The notes under the pieces: model-generated
Database searches by the model: none
The model's input: the letters and a program-made list of their open reading frames with translations, nothing else
What the model was told of the DNA's origin: nothing
Part shown: positions 1 to 9,166 of the stretch, one piece after another
Layout: the number at the start of each line of letters is the position of its first letter
Position numbering within the stretch: position 1 is the stretch's first letter
Sequence record: NZ_CP085281.1
Source: a plasmid
Length of the DNA stretch: 64,000 bases
Direction: 5' to 3' (one strand)
Translations under genes and position numbers: made by a program

Positions 1-9
1 TCGCGGCAG

Positions 10-474
10 ATGTTGGCTGAATCGGCCGCTGACGTGCGGCGCGTCGCCGAAGACCTTGGGCTACGCACGGTCTGGTCACGGTGGCTGTGGTCGCTGCTGG
101 GTATCGACGGGCGGTTACCGCGGTACCGCGGTGAACCCGATCGGAGTCAACCGTTCATCCGTATGGCAGGGCTGCCAGCAGTGATGTGGCGGCGTGTAGC
201 GGCCGCGGCGATGATGGCGGGCGTTGCTCTTGCGGCGACACCGGTCGGGTTGCGGATCATCGCGGTGGCCGCGGCCGCAGCAGCAGTGTGGGCGTCCTAC
301 CATCTGCTGCGGGCCCGTCGCGGTGGTGTGGTGGGCAACCAGCCTTTTGAGTGGCCCAGGCTGGTTGTCTGGGTGGTGGTCTGCGTGGCCATGGTTCCCG
401 CCGGTGGGTTGATCGGACTGGCGTTGGTGGTGTTCATGATCCTTGCACTCGCCGAATTCATGCCGACGTTATGA
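10..474 (+). CDS. Hydrophobic membrane protein, probably the C-terminal part of a gene that starts upstream of the window
   Basis: The ORF track gives 154 aa with Ala/Val-rich transmembrane-like segments (AVAAAAAAVWASY, LVVWVVVCVAMVPAGGLIGLALVVFMILAL). The reading frame stays open back to base 1. Confidence 0.35.
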   Translation: MLAESAADVRRVAEDLGLRTVWSRWLWSLLGIDGRLPRYRGEPDRSQPFIRMAGLPAVMWRRVAAAAMMAGVALAATPVGLRIIAVAAAAAAVWASYHLLRARRGGVVGNQPFEWPRLVVWVVVCVAMVPAGGLIGLALVVFMILALAEFMPTL

Positions 475-520
475 CCGAATTGCCATCCTTACTATGCACG
501 CGCCGGTCGGCTGACATCGG

Positions 521-1050
521 TTAGCCTAGCTGGCGGTCGCCGGTGCGGGAAAGACGATGGCGGGTGACATCGCCGGAGGAGGCTGCGATGGGCGCGGCGC
601 CGGTGTAGGTGGCGAACGCGTCGGCTGAGCGGAAGCGGGTGAACGGTGCCGACTCGGGCCACGATTTTGGCGGCGTTGAGGACCCCGATTCCGGTGAGCT
701 CGGTCAGGGTGGTTCCGGATGCTTCGACGGCAGCTGCGATGTCGCCGGCGGCTTTGGCGATGCGACGGTCGAGTGCGCGGATCTCGGCGACGAGGTCAGC
801 GGCCAGGCTGCGCAGCGTTTGAGGGCGACTTCGCGGGACCGGATCTGGCGCAGGATGTCGGCGGCGCGGTCAGCAGTCAGGCCACGCGCAGCGCCTGACG
901 GTGTGAGGTGGGTCAGCAGGACGTGCAACCGGTTGAATGGTTTGAGTGCGCGTCTTGACCAGGTCCCCGCGGTGTTCCACCACGGCGCGCAGGGCGGTGA
1001 TGGCCGTGTCGACCGAAGCAGCGTGAAGCCGAGTGGCAGTCCCCCTACCT
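521..1050 (-). pseudogene. IS110-family transposase C-terminal remnant; frameshifted and lacking the N-terminus
   Basis: Translating the minus strand by hand gives typical IS110 C-terminal motifs split across three frames: LRSLAADLVAEIRALDRRIAKAAGDIAAAVEASGTTLTELTGIGVLNAAKIVARVG, then after a 1-2 nt frameshift FTRFRSADAFATYTGAAPIAASSGDVTRHRLSRTGDRQLG followed by a stop. There is no N-terminal DEDD domain, because the position is occupied by the tnpC-like gene at 1051-1461. The ORF-track entries 609..1121(+), 704..1258(-) and 870..1091(-) are fragments or artefacts of this remnant. Confidence 0.5.
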
Positions 1051-1461
1051 TCAGCGGTTCCGCCCCGCGTGTTTTCGTGGCATCGGAACAACGACGTTGG
1101 TTCCGTAGGTTTCGTGCGTGAGTTCGGTGATCACCGCGGAAAGCGTTCTGATCTTGCTTCTCAGCTGAGCGTTTTCGGCAGCCAATTCCTGGTGGTGATG
1201 ACGGGCCTGTGCAAGTTGTCGTTGCAGTGCCTCGGCATTCGGAGCGACGGGTCCGCACCCGACCGATGCCTTGAACTCGTTCAGCAGGTCGCTGTGATGT
1301 TCGTAGAGTCTCTGCCGTGATATTCCGGATTCGTCAGCCAAGGCCACAATAGTGTGCGCTCCGTTGCTGCGCTCGGCTTGGTTTTCTCGGAGGCGGATCA
1401 TGGCGGCCTGGACCAGCAGTCGTTCCTCATCGTTACGGGTGGCTTTGCGCACGAGAGTCAT
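1051..1461 (-). CDS. Small HTH + coiled-coil protein of the Tn554 TnpC type, terminal gene of the recombinase trio
   Basis: The likely start is at MTLVRKATRNDEERLLVQAAMIRLRENQAERSNGAHTIVALADESGISRQRLYEHH, followed by the coiled-coil ENAQLRSKIRTLSAVITELTHE. Its start codon sits directly after the stop of the upstream recombinase (1458). The architecture matches the protein at 20580-21200. Confidence 0.55.
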   Translation of the reverse strand: MTLVRKATRNDEERLLVQAAMIRLRENQAERSNGAHTIVALADESGISRQRLYEHHSDLLNEFKASVGCGPVAPNAEALQRQLAQARHHHQELAAENAQLRSKIRTLSAVITELTHETYGTNVVVPMPRKHAGRNR

Positions 1462-3596
1462 TCGTTCTCTCCGCCCTGTTGTGGCGTCGGCGGTCGGCTG
1501 GATTCGTGTTCTGCGAGTGCCTTTCGGTGCTCGGTCAGGCGAGTCTGAATTCGTTGCCGCAGCGGTTCGGGGAGTGCGGGGGTAGCCAGGTCTTGTTGGA
1601 GTGCGTTGACATGCTGGCGAAGGTTGGCCGCGTCGCGGTCGGTACGGGCAGCATTGACGCAGCCAAGACGGCACCGACCCCAGGAGGGTTCAGCGGAGCT
1701 GTCAGTAGGGTCAAGACACGCCGCAGTGGCGCGCCGGAACACGCACGTCACGACCGCGCCGTGGTGGATCTGCAAGTCGGGGTTTGATAGTGCGGTGTTG
1801 ATCTGACTCTTGGTGGTGATTGTCAAACCCGCAAATTTCCTTGCTCTGGTGACGCGGGCCCGGTACTCATCGGCAGCCGGACCGGAGACGTGCTCGCCGC
1901 GCTCGAGCCTTTGGGAATCGTCGTGGATGGTCTCAGCGCGGTGGAGAAACTGTTCGAACGTGATCTCGTCGAGAAATCCCGAGTCTGCTCCGCCGGCGTA
2001 ACCTTGAATCAGTTGTGTGTGCAGGTGGCCGTATTGCGTTGCGCCGGCGATCGTTCCGCCAGGCCGCCGCACGATGTGCCAGGCCAGTGTGCGCCGCAGG
2101 CGCGGCACTTGGATCTTGCCCTGCGGATCGGCAGCGATCAGCGGATGGCTGATTGCTGGACAGAGCTCGCGGTTGAACCATTCAATGAATCGTGTGATGT
2201 CGGTGTTAATGGACCCTGGCGTCCTGGTACGGGTGGAGCCGTAGAGGAATCGCTCCTGGGAGCACAAATTGAAGGCTGGGAAGAGGAGGTCGCTGACTGT
2301 GATCTGCCCAAGGACGCTGACGGCATGAGCGGTTTCGTCGGTCACGACCCACGGGACCGTGGCAGGGGATCGGTCCCGGCGCCGGTCATCGGCCTTCAAC
2401 TGGTGGCCGGACATGAATGTCAACGCCAGCTTCGAGTCTCGGGTTATGCAGCCGCGCCGCAGGTTGAGCGCCTCGCCGGTGCGAACACCCGAGAGGTAGG
2501 CGATCACGATGAAACAGGCTGCTGTGACGTGGCGAAGCAGTTCAACGAGTTCCATCGCATCGACGGGGTCTTCACGCCAGGGGCGCGTGCCGATGGCGCT
2601 GAATGTGTTGACGCGCAACATGTCAACTTCGATCGGCAATCCATACTCGGTCAACATGACCGAAGTTTCTTTCATACGTTTCAGTTCGCCGTGGTTCAGC
2701 CATCCGCCCACGGCCAAACCCATCAGATCGACACTGGTAGTTTCGCCCGTCCGGACACCCGGAAGTGAGGCGTCGTTGCGGTCAAGCGCGGCAAGCACGC
2801 AATCGAGTTGCTGCTTGGCGGTCTCGAATACCGACACCGTACGAGCAGGAGCACGGCGGATGTCGGGTGCGATCTGATGGGCTAAGTGACGCATCGCGAG
2901 AAGGTTGCGCGCTGCGGGAAGCAGATCGGCAGCGACCGAATTGGTAACCACCAACGCCGCCGAGAGCAGCGGTTCCATGACGTCGGGATGAATACGAGGG
3001 GTCGTGTTCGGCTTGCCCCAGGATGACTCATAGTTGGCAAGCCCTCGCGCACTCGCACCACCCCACAACGCGCCCGCGGGAAGCCGGCAATGCGCAGGCA
3101 GGACCTCCCGGTACAAGTGCAGACGCTTGATCGCCTGTAGCGCCGAGCGTTTGGATCCGGCGCTGACACCTCTCATTTCGGTGACATGGCGCAGATAGCC
3201 GTTGAGGTGTTCGGTGCTGACCTGCCCGAAGGATGTCACCCCCATCTCCACCAGCCACATCGTGAACCTTCGCAACGGCACCAGCTCACCCCAGATTGTC
3301 TTGATATGCGGATAGAGTGACCGGGCGCCGTCAAGCCGGGGTGCATCGTCAACCACGTTGAGCAAGGCGAACAGGTAGAGCTTGCAGGCGTGGCGAAAAG
3401 GCGTCGGGAACCCATCCCAGTGCACGGCTTGTCCGGCACTGTGCCGGTCCTCGATCGCCGCGGACAGGTCCCACACCGGGTCGCCAAATCGGCACCGGCT
3501 CCCATCGACGTGAAGGGTGCGGTTCAACAAGACCTCGGTGTCGGGGGCGACGTCGACACCGGCCACCAGGTCGAGTGCTACAACTGTTTGCGTCAT
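1458..3596 (-). CDS. Tyrosine recombinase, third gene of the trio (RitC-like, long form)
   Basis: The ORF is 762 aa; the likely start is MTQTVVALDL, making a 4-bp ATGA overlap with the gene upstream. It resembles phage-integrase-family proteins, for example the segment LRRTLAWHIVRRPGGTIAGATQYGHLHTQLIQGYAG. Confidence 0.7.
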   Translation of the reverse strand: MTQTVVALDLVAGVDVAPDTEVLLNRTLHVDGSRCRFGDPVWDLSAAIEDRHSAGQAVHWDGFPTPFRHACKLYLFALLNVVDDAPRLDGARSLYPHIKTIWGELVPLRRFTMWLVEMGVTSFGQVSTEHLNGYLRHVTEMRGVSAGSKRSALQAIKRLHLYREVLPAHCRLPAGALWGGASARGLANYESSWGKPNTTPRIHPDVMEPLLSAALVVTNSVAADLLPAARNLLAMRHLAHQIAPDIRRAPARTVSVFETAKQQLDCVLAALDRNDASLPGVRTGETTSVDLMGLAVGGWLNHGELKRMKETSVMLTEYGLPIEVDMLRVNTFSAIGTRPWREDPVDAMELVELLRHVTAACFIVIAYLSGVRTGEALNLRRGCITRDSKLALTFMSGHQLKADDRRRDRSPATVPWVVTDETAHAVSVLGQITVSDLLFPAFNLCSQERFLYGSTRTRTPGSINTDITRFIEWFNRELCPAISHPLIAADPQGKIQVPRLRRTLAWHIVRRPGGTIAGATQYGHLHTQLIQGYAGGADSGFLDEITFEQFLHRAETIHDDSQRLERGEHVSGPAADEYRARVTRARKFAGLTITTKSQINTALSNPDLQIHHGAVVTCVFRRATAACLDPTDSSAEPSWGRCRLGCVNAARTDRDAANLRQHVNALQQDLATPALPEPLRQRIQTRLTEHRKALAEHESSRPPTPQQGGENE

Positions 3597-5377
3597 GACG
3601 CTTCCAGGTTTCCCGACAGCAAGAGATTGACTGTGCGGTGATCGCTGTCGGTGATCTCGGCTCGCGCGGCGGTCAGCTGGGCCTGCTCGTACTCGGCGAA
3701 AATGTCGTCCAGTTGCGCGAGGGGACCCGCGTGATCGGTGATCCACTGCCCGATGGGCATCTCCTTGCGCAAGTCACGGAGCCGGTCAGCAACGACCAAT
3801 TGAACGGGCAAGTGGCGCGGGAAGGCGCGGGCGTTGCTGCAGTCAAGGCATGCCATAAACGACTGGCGACACCGTTTACCGTCGATCGGCGAGTGCTCAA
3901 AATCGGCGCAATTGCCCAGCACAGCGTCCTGGGCGGATCCGTTGTCGTGGTTGTCCGGATGCACCGTCATCGAGCGCCGGGCCAGCGCTTGTGCTACCTG
4001 CTCATCGAGCGCCTCGGCCACGATCTGGAACCCCTCGTTCCTCACCGACTCCATTCGGCCCAGATAACGAGCCAACGTGGCCGGCGTGTGGGCCGTGGGC
4101 TTTCGGACCTGCTCCAGGTAGGTTTTGCGCAGCCGATCCATACTGATCCCGAGGAGCAAGTCGTCATGCCCGGGATCGCCGGTGAGCCACGGTGCCATCC
4201 AACGCCGTCGAGCGCTGACGCCGGACGCAGTTCTGCTGATGCCGTATCCGAAGGGTTTCTGTTCGACATTGTCTGGCTGGGCACTGTAGTAGACGAAGGC
4301 GTGCTGGCACCCGGTCAGCGTGCGGGCCGGTTCGGTCAGTTCCAGCAGCAGCATGAAGACCCCGTAAGCGGTAGTCAGCGACGTGTTGGCCACGGCGGCG
4401 CGCCGATTGTCGCCACCGTGCGGCATTGGTTCAGGGCGCAGCGCGGTCACTGGCACCGTCATGGCCGACCGGTTCCCACGGCGGGGCTTGTCGGCGTTGA
4501 CGAACACGATGCCGGGCTCGTCTGGGCTGCTGGCTTGTCGGTGTGGGGCGGGCAGCGATTCGAGCGTTGACAGGTTCAGGCCGGTCAGTCCGGATAGGAG
4601 AACAGCGAACGCCCATGCTTCTCCCGGGCTCAAGTGCAGCAACGATTGAAGTCGGCATCCGCCAGCTGCGGTCACCGCGCGCCGCGTCACGAAAGCCCTT
4701 GCACCTGAGGCAGTGCGGGGGAAGTCGCCCTCACGGGCGCAGTGATCAAGCACTTCGGCCAGACTGCGCCCGGGGTGGGCACGGGGTTGATGATCGAACT
4801 GTCCCGCACGATAGTCAGCGACCATCCCCCAATGAGTCCGCAATCGTGCGCGCGCCCGCCGAACTATTCCCCGTGCCACCACGTTGATTCGGCGCATCTC
4901 GTCGGCGGAGTACGGTTGTCGCGCCTTCGCGTTCTTCTGGTGACGCACGCGCGCGAACGCCTGACGTGCCTCATCGGAGACGACAGGACTGCAGCGCAGC
5001 AGCGTCTTGAGGCTCGGTGCGGGGCCAGGGCCGCTGGGTACCCGACACGATAGGGCGAGCAGCCGGGCATCCGAGGCTGACAAATCTGCCAGTCCCCCTA
5101 TTCCTGGACGGTTTTCGGCGAGCCAGCAGCAGGCATGCCGGGCAGCCTGCCACAGCGCCCCAGCCCCCCGCAATCGCTTGGATACGCCCAGCACACCGGT
5201 GGCATCCTCGAACGCGATCGCGAAATCGTGGCGGATTCCGCTGTTGCCCGGCAGGGAACCGAAGTCGAAATCCTTCGACTGAGCACCATCCTCGCTGACG
5301 AACGTCACGATGAGCCCGCGTCGCCGCAATACCGGTCGCCACGCCGGATCCGGCTGCGCCGCGCGGCGACCCGTCAT
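3593..5377 (-). CDS. Tyrosine recombinase, second gene of the trio (RitB-like)
   Basis: 594 aa, with 4-bp overlaps to both neighbouring genes. The C-terminal catalytic region (SMDRLRKTYLEQV) is a plausible R..Y motif. Confidence 0.7.
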   Translation of the reverse strand: MTGRRAAQPDPAWRPVLRRRGLIVTFVSEDGAQSKDFDFGSLPGNSGIRHDFAIAFEDATGVLGVSKRLRGAGALWQAARHACCWLAENRPGIGGLADLSASDARLLALSCRVPSGPGPAPSLKTLLRCSPVVSDEARQAFARVRHQKNAKARQPYSADEMRRINVVARGIVRRARARLRTHWGMVADYRAGQFDHQPRAHPGRSLAEVLDHCAREGDFPRTASGARAFVTRRAVTAAGGCRLQSLLHLSPGEAWAFAVLLSGLTGLNLSTLESLPAPHRQASSPDEPGIVFVNADKPRRGNRSAMTVPVTALRPEPMPHGGDNRRAAVANTSLTTAYGVFMLLLELTEPARTLTGCQHAFVYYSAQPDNVEQKPFGYGISRTASGVSARRRWMAPWLTGDPGHDDLLLGISMDRLRKTYLEQVRKPTAHTPATLARYLGRMESVRNEGFQIVAEALDEQVAQALARRSMTVHPDNHDNGSAQDAVLGNCADFEHSPIDGKRCRQSFMACLDCSNARAFPRHLPVQLVVADRLRDLRKEMPIGQWITDHAGPLAQLDDIFAEYEQAQLTAARAEITDSDHRTVNLLLSGNLEAS

Positions 5378-6882
5378 ATTCCGACCGTCAACACACGAGA
5401 CTCACCGACGCCAGCTGCTTCGACGAGACGCTCAAGGGATTGCCGATCGTCAGCATCCATCAGCGCGATCAGCTCCTCAACCTGCAACGCCTGAAACGGC
5501 TCAAGATAAACGCTGCGTGTCACCTCAGCACTACGATGTCCAAGAAGTGTTGCCATGAGAAACCAGACATCACCAAGCTGATTGCGGAAGTCCCGCTGCT
5601 CCTGCTTCGTCAACATATCGGTACGGCGCCACGCCACGAAAGTGGCAATGCAATACCACCGCAGCGCAAAGGAATGCCTCAGCATGTGGGGACGGCACCA
5701 CAACGGCGTACCTCCCACTTGCACAATCGCTTTCGCGACCCTGGCGTTCGCGCGGTCGAATGTCTTGTACCAGGAGTGTTTAGGGCGAGGTATCCCGTCG
5801 TGATTCAGCCACATCCACATCGGCTCCAGGCCATCGGGTCCCCTGCGGAACAACTTCATTCGTGTCGACGGCCCGAGTGCGTCCAGGAGGACCGTACGAC
5901 GCGATCCCGTCGCATCAACAACCTCCAGTTGCCCATCCCGCCGAACGCGCTGAACAATCCAATGATCCGCAATGTGCTCATACCGACCAGCACCTTGCGC
6001 GCGGGCGATCGCAGCAGTGCGACTGCCTTCCTGCAGATAGAAGTGAACTTGTTGGGCGACGCGGCGCCGCATCCAGAACGGTCGCCCGCTACCACCCTTC
6101 GCGCAACAAGGCGCCACGCGCGAACGCACAAGCCCCTCAGACCCCGGCTTGGGCACCTCGATGGTTAACATGCTGGCCCACTCGCCGATTCGCAAACCCG
6201 TCCCGAACAACCCCTCAACGAACGCGACATCGCGGTCCTCAGTCACTCCGAGCCAATCCGGACGCGGCACGCCCTCCACCGTGAAACCACGCAACCCCAG
6301 GTTCCGCCACAACCGAAATGCCTGCGGGGTAAGCCACTTCACGTCGGCCCTGCGTATCCCGGAGGGAGTGCTCTCCAACACGACTTTGCCCCCAACCACC
6401 CGCGATGTGGCAATCACACGGGCTCGGACCGGGTTGTCGATTCCGTGCTGCTCGGCGGCCCACAAGTAAAAGCTGCGGATCGCGGCACGATCGACACAGA
6501 AACTATTGGCACTCACATGCTGAGGGTTTTCCTCAGCCGACAACCGCCACTCCTTGAACGCAGCCAGTTCCGATCGCGACGCCTGACCCCATCGAACGCC
6601 CATCGCGTGCAGAAAATCCAGCCACACCTTCAACGACAAGGCATAACGACGCAAAGTCCCCGTTGCTCGTCCCCTCACCAGCGGATCCCGCCAGTAGGCG
6701 TTCACCAACGCATCCGCACGCCCCCACGGATCAACAAAGAACGGAGTGCCATCACGCGCACCGTTTCGCCTCGCCCAGGTCTCGACATCACCCAAACCCG
6801 GAACCACTTCGTCCACCGATACGAACGGCTGGCGGAAATCGTAGAAATGAAGAGTCCAACCATCAGCCGAAGCACCAGCCAT
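5374..6882 (-). CDS. Tyrosine recombinase / integrase, first gene of the trio (RitA-like)
   Basis: 502 aa. It has the conserved LWCRPHMLRHSFAL (HxxR) box and the catalytic tyrosine context VTRSVYLEPF. Confidence 0.8.
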   Translation of the reverse strand: MAGASADGWTLHFYDFRQPFVSVDEVVPGLGDVETWARRNGARDGTPFFVDPWGRADALVNAYWRDPLVRGRATGTLRRYALSLKVWLDFLHAMGVRWGQASRSELAAFKEWRLSAEENPQHVSANSFCVDRAAIRSFYLWAAEQHGIDNPVRARVIATSRVVGGKVVLESTPSGIRRADVKWLTPQAFRLWRNLGLRGFTVEGVPRPDWLGVTEDRDVAFVEGLFGTGLRIGEWASMLTIEVPKPGSEGLVRSRVAPCCAKGGSGRPFWMRRRVAQQVHFYLQEGSRTAAIARAQGAGRYEHIADHWIVQRVRRDGQLEVVDATGSRRTVLLDALGPSTRMKLFRRGPDGLEPMWMWLNHDGIPRPKHSWYKTFDRANARVAKAIVQVGGTPLWCRPHMLRHSFALRWYCIATFVAWRRTDMLTKQEQRDFRNQLGDVWFLMATLLGHRSAEVTRSVYLEPFQALQVEELIALMDADDRQSLERLVEAAGVGESRVLTVGI

Positions 6883-6919
6883 CCCCGGCCCCCTCGCCTC
6901 ACGAACATTGCCCCCATCA

Positions 6920-8731
6920 TCACCGACATACTTCCCCGAACGTCTTCGACACGCCTGTCGGGCAGAGAACAGGGGACTGGATGTTTCCAGGGCAGGTCAC
7001 TCGATCGAACCCGGCGATGGTGGTGGCGAAGGCCTGAGTGAGTGCCTGTTGGTCGGCGTAGAGGGTGTAGGTAGCGGTCTGCGGTCCGCCGGGGTCGGAG
7101 TTGGGCCCGCACTTCACTGAGGCCTGCGCTGAGTCGTCGCGTGCGGTGCAGCTGGTATCTGAATACCCCTTGGGCACAGCGTTTTTGACTCGCTGAATGT
7201 CTGCGTCGGATGGGTGGACTGGGGTGGGTGCGGCCGCCTGGCCGCTGCCAGAGTCCGAACCGGCGACGTTATATATGGCGATCGCGGTGAGGATGACGCC
7301 GATGAGGATGACGGCCGATATCGCGATGGCCTTCGTCGAGGGTGTCCGCCGGCTCCGTGTCGTGGGAATGATTTGCGGCCACGCGGTGTGCTGCGGGGGC
7401 ATGTGAGGTGCAGGAGCGGGACGTGCGGGTCTGGCGGCCGGGGGCCAGGACGACGGGTAGGTGGGCGCCTCGCTGTGGCGCGTCGGGGACGGTGCCGGCG
7501 TCCTGGTGGCGGCGGCGACGGAGTGATCGTGTCCTGGCGGGCCCTGGGGAGGCGTCGGTAGACGCGCTGGCCCGCTTGCGATGTCCGCGCCGACGTCGGT
7601 GGGTGCGGGGGGACGTGCTGTCGTCGCTGTTGGGATGGGGCCGGTGATCTCGCTGGCGTCGGGGGTGCCCGTGGTTGGTGGCTCGCTGGCCACGGTCGGG
7701 CTGCTCGGCGCGGGGGTGGCGGGCAGGGTTTCCGCGCGTGTGGTCGTGTCGACGTCGCCGGTGTTGGGCTCCGCTGCTGTCGCCGTGCGAGCCGGGGTTA
7801 TCACCAACTCGGGGGCCCCGGTTAGGTCTGCCGCGATGGGCGCCGGACTGGACACGAGTGCGGGTGCGGGTGTCGGCGCGGCGGGATCCGGGTCTGATTC
7901 GCCTTCTTCGTCGGCTGCGATGTGTTGCTCGCCAGGGCGGTCATCGCCGACCGGCGGCACACCCGCGGGCAGGGCCACGCCGTCCGGCTCGCCGGCCGGG
8001 TCCTGTGCGACGAGCGGATCGTGGGGGGGTGCGGATGGTGCCGCGACCGCTGTGCTGGCGGTGGTCTGCCCGGAGTTCGCTGGTAGGTCGTCGCGTCCGG
8101 GCTCGGGGATGCTGTCGTCAGGGAGGTCTTCGATAGTGGCGAGTGCAGGACTGCGCCCCTGGTCTGCGACGGCTTCTTCCGCGGTGGCGTCCTGGGGAAG
8201 GTCGTCGATATCGACGGCGGCGACGGGATGGAGCTTGGCGTAGTCGACGGTCTGGTCGTCCCAGTAGCTGAGGTCGAGGATGTAGGCCAGATCGACCGGG
8301 AAGCGCTGCATGCCGTGATGGGGAGCCTCACCGGGGGTGCTCGCGCGCATCACGATGTCGCTCACCCACAGGAACGGTCCCGAGTCGTCGAAGTCCAGGC
8401 GCTCGGTTGGGAACGTGGACGTATCGGTGCTCGCCTCGATGTGGTGCTTGAGCTGTCGGTCGAGTCGTGCCGAAAAGTACGTCTGCCCGTCCGGGCCCTG
8501 CCGAATGTCGACAGTCTCCCCGCCGAGGGGAAGCTGTCGGCGCAGGTCATCAGGGCCTACCCGGAGGTGGCTGATCGAGAACCGTGACACAGCGCAACCT
8601 ACCGCCGTGGCGACCGAGTCGGCGCGACCGTCGAGCGATCCGAGGCGATGTCGCCGTAACCGTGGAGAACGAGGCGGCGCTGATCTTCCAGCAGCACGTC
8701 GACCCACCCGATGCCCAGGCGTTCGGTGCAA
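6920..8731 (-). CDS. Membrane-anchored protein: cytoplasmic N-terminal domain, long proline/alanine-rich linker, one transmembrane helix and a Cys-containing extracytoplasmic C-terminal domain
   Basis: 603 aa. The transmembrane helix is AIAISAVILIGVILTAIAIYNV. The C-terminal domain (YTLYADQQALTQAF... with 6 Cys) resembles the small sensor domains of mycobacterial kinase and lipoprotein ectodomains. The proline-rich core explains the long antisense ORFs 7581..8243 and 7675..8136. Confidence 0.55.
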   Translation of the reverse strand: MHRTPGHRVGRRAAGRSAPPRSPRLRRHRLGSLDGRADSVATAVGCAVSRFSISHLRVGPDDLRRQLPLGGETVDIRQGPDGQTYFSARLDRQLKHHIEASTDTSTFPTERLDFDDSGPFLWVSDIVMRASTPGEAPHHGMQRFPVDLAYILDLSYWDDQTVDYAKLHPVAAVDIDDLPQDATAEEAVADQGRSPALATIEDLPDDSIPEPGRDDLPANSGQTTASTAVAAPSAPPHDPLVAQDPAGEPDGVALPAGVPPVGDDRPGEQHIAADEEGESDPDPAAPTPAPALVSSPAPIAADLTGAPELVITPARTATAAEPNTGDVDTTTRAETLPATPAPSSPTVASEPPTTGTPDASEITGPIPTATTARPPAPTDVGADIASGPARLPTPPQGPPGHDHSVAAATRTPAPSPTRHSEAPTYPSSWPPAARPARPAPAPHMPPQHTAWPQIIPTTRSRRTPSTKAIAISAVILIGVILTAIAIYNVAGSDSGSGQAAAPTPVHPSDADIQRVKNAVPKGYSDTSCTARDDSAQASVKCGPNSDPGGPQTATYTLYADQQALTQAFATTIAGFDRVTCPGNIQSPVLCPTGVSKTFGEVCR

Positions 8732-8862
8732 ATCTCGACACCGCGCACCGTGCTGCCGTAGTCGGGGAGGTAATCGCCTTCTTGCAGGTCATGCACGACG
8801 ATGACCTGAGTCGTCTCCGTATGCGGTGCACTCGCCGTGGGACGCTCTCCGAGAACGGTCAT
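8599..8862 (-). CDS. Possible upstream small gene, or a frameshifted N-terminus of the 6920-8731 gene
   Basis: This 87-aa ORF in another frame reads like protein (VIVVHDLQEGDYLPDYGSTVRGVEICTERLGIGWVDVLLEDQRRLVLHGYGD) and overlaps the 5' end of the downstream ORF. Confidence 0.3.
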   Translation of the reverse strand: MTVLGERPTASAPHTETTQVIVVHDLQEGDYLPDYGSTVRGVEICTERLGIGWVDVLLEDQRRLVLHGYGDIASDRSTVAPTRSPRR

Positions 8863-9166
8863 GGTGTCGGTCTCCTCTTCGAGCGCCGGCCGCAGTCAGG
8901 CCGATGGTTGGCGGCGTTGCATCCAGGCTATCGGCGCGTTTGGCTCACACAGCGTCTCGACCACCTTCGATTTCGACAGCGGTGGCGGCCAGGTTCACGG
9001 CGTTCTGAAACAGAATCCCCGGGGCCGCGATCCAGGTAGCCAGGAAATCCCTCGCGTGCCAACATCTGCAGCCGCCGCCCCGTGACATGGTCGACCATCG
9101 AATGGTAGTGAATGTTAATTCGCGGCATGTCTGTTAGCAGATGGGTGTACATGTTATTTATGGTGC
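8863..9166. promoter_or_regulatory. Divergent intergenic region with an AT-rich patch, probably holding promoters for the 8862(-) and 9167(+) genes
   Basis: The sequence ttaattcgcggcatgtctgttagcagatgggtgtacatgttatttatggtgca is unusually AT-rich for this high-GC window. Confidence 0.3.

Larger units (their letters stand above)
1051..6882 (-). mobile_element. RIT-like (recombinase-in-trio) element with an appended tnpC-like gene; boundaries and inverted repeats not determined
   Basis: Three consecutive tyrosine-recombinase genes are translationally coupled, which is the defining RIT arrangement, and a tnpC-like small gene follows them. Adjacent lies an IS110 remnant that this element has apparently truncated. 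Confidence 0.5.

Noticed and set aside
609-1258. ORF-track ORFs 609..1121(+), 704..1258(-) and 870..1091(-)
   Set aside because: They are low-complexity or frame fragments overlapping the frameshifted IS110-family transposase remnant. None reads as an independent protein.
7581-8243. Plus-strand ORFs (220 aa and 153 aa) antisense to the 6920-8731 gene
   Set aside because: Products are Gly/Ala/Ser/Arg low-complexity, generated by the GC-rich Pro-codon-rich sense strand.
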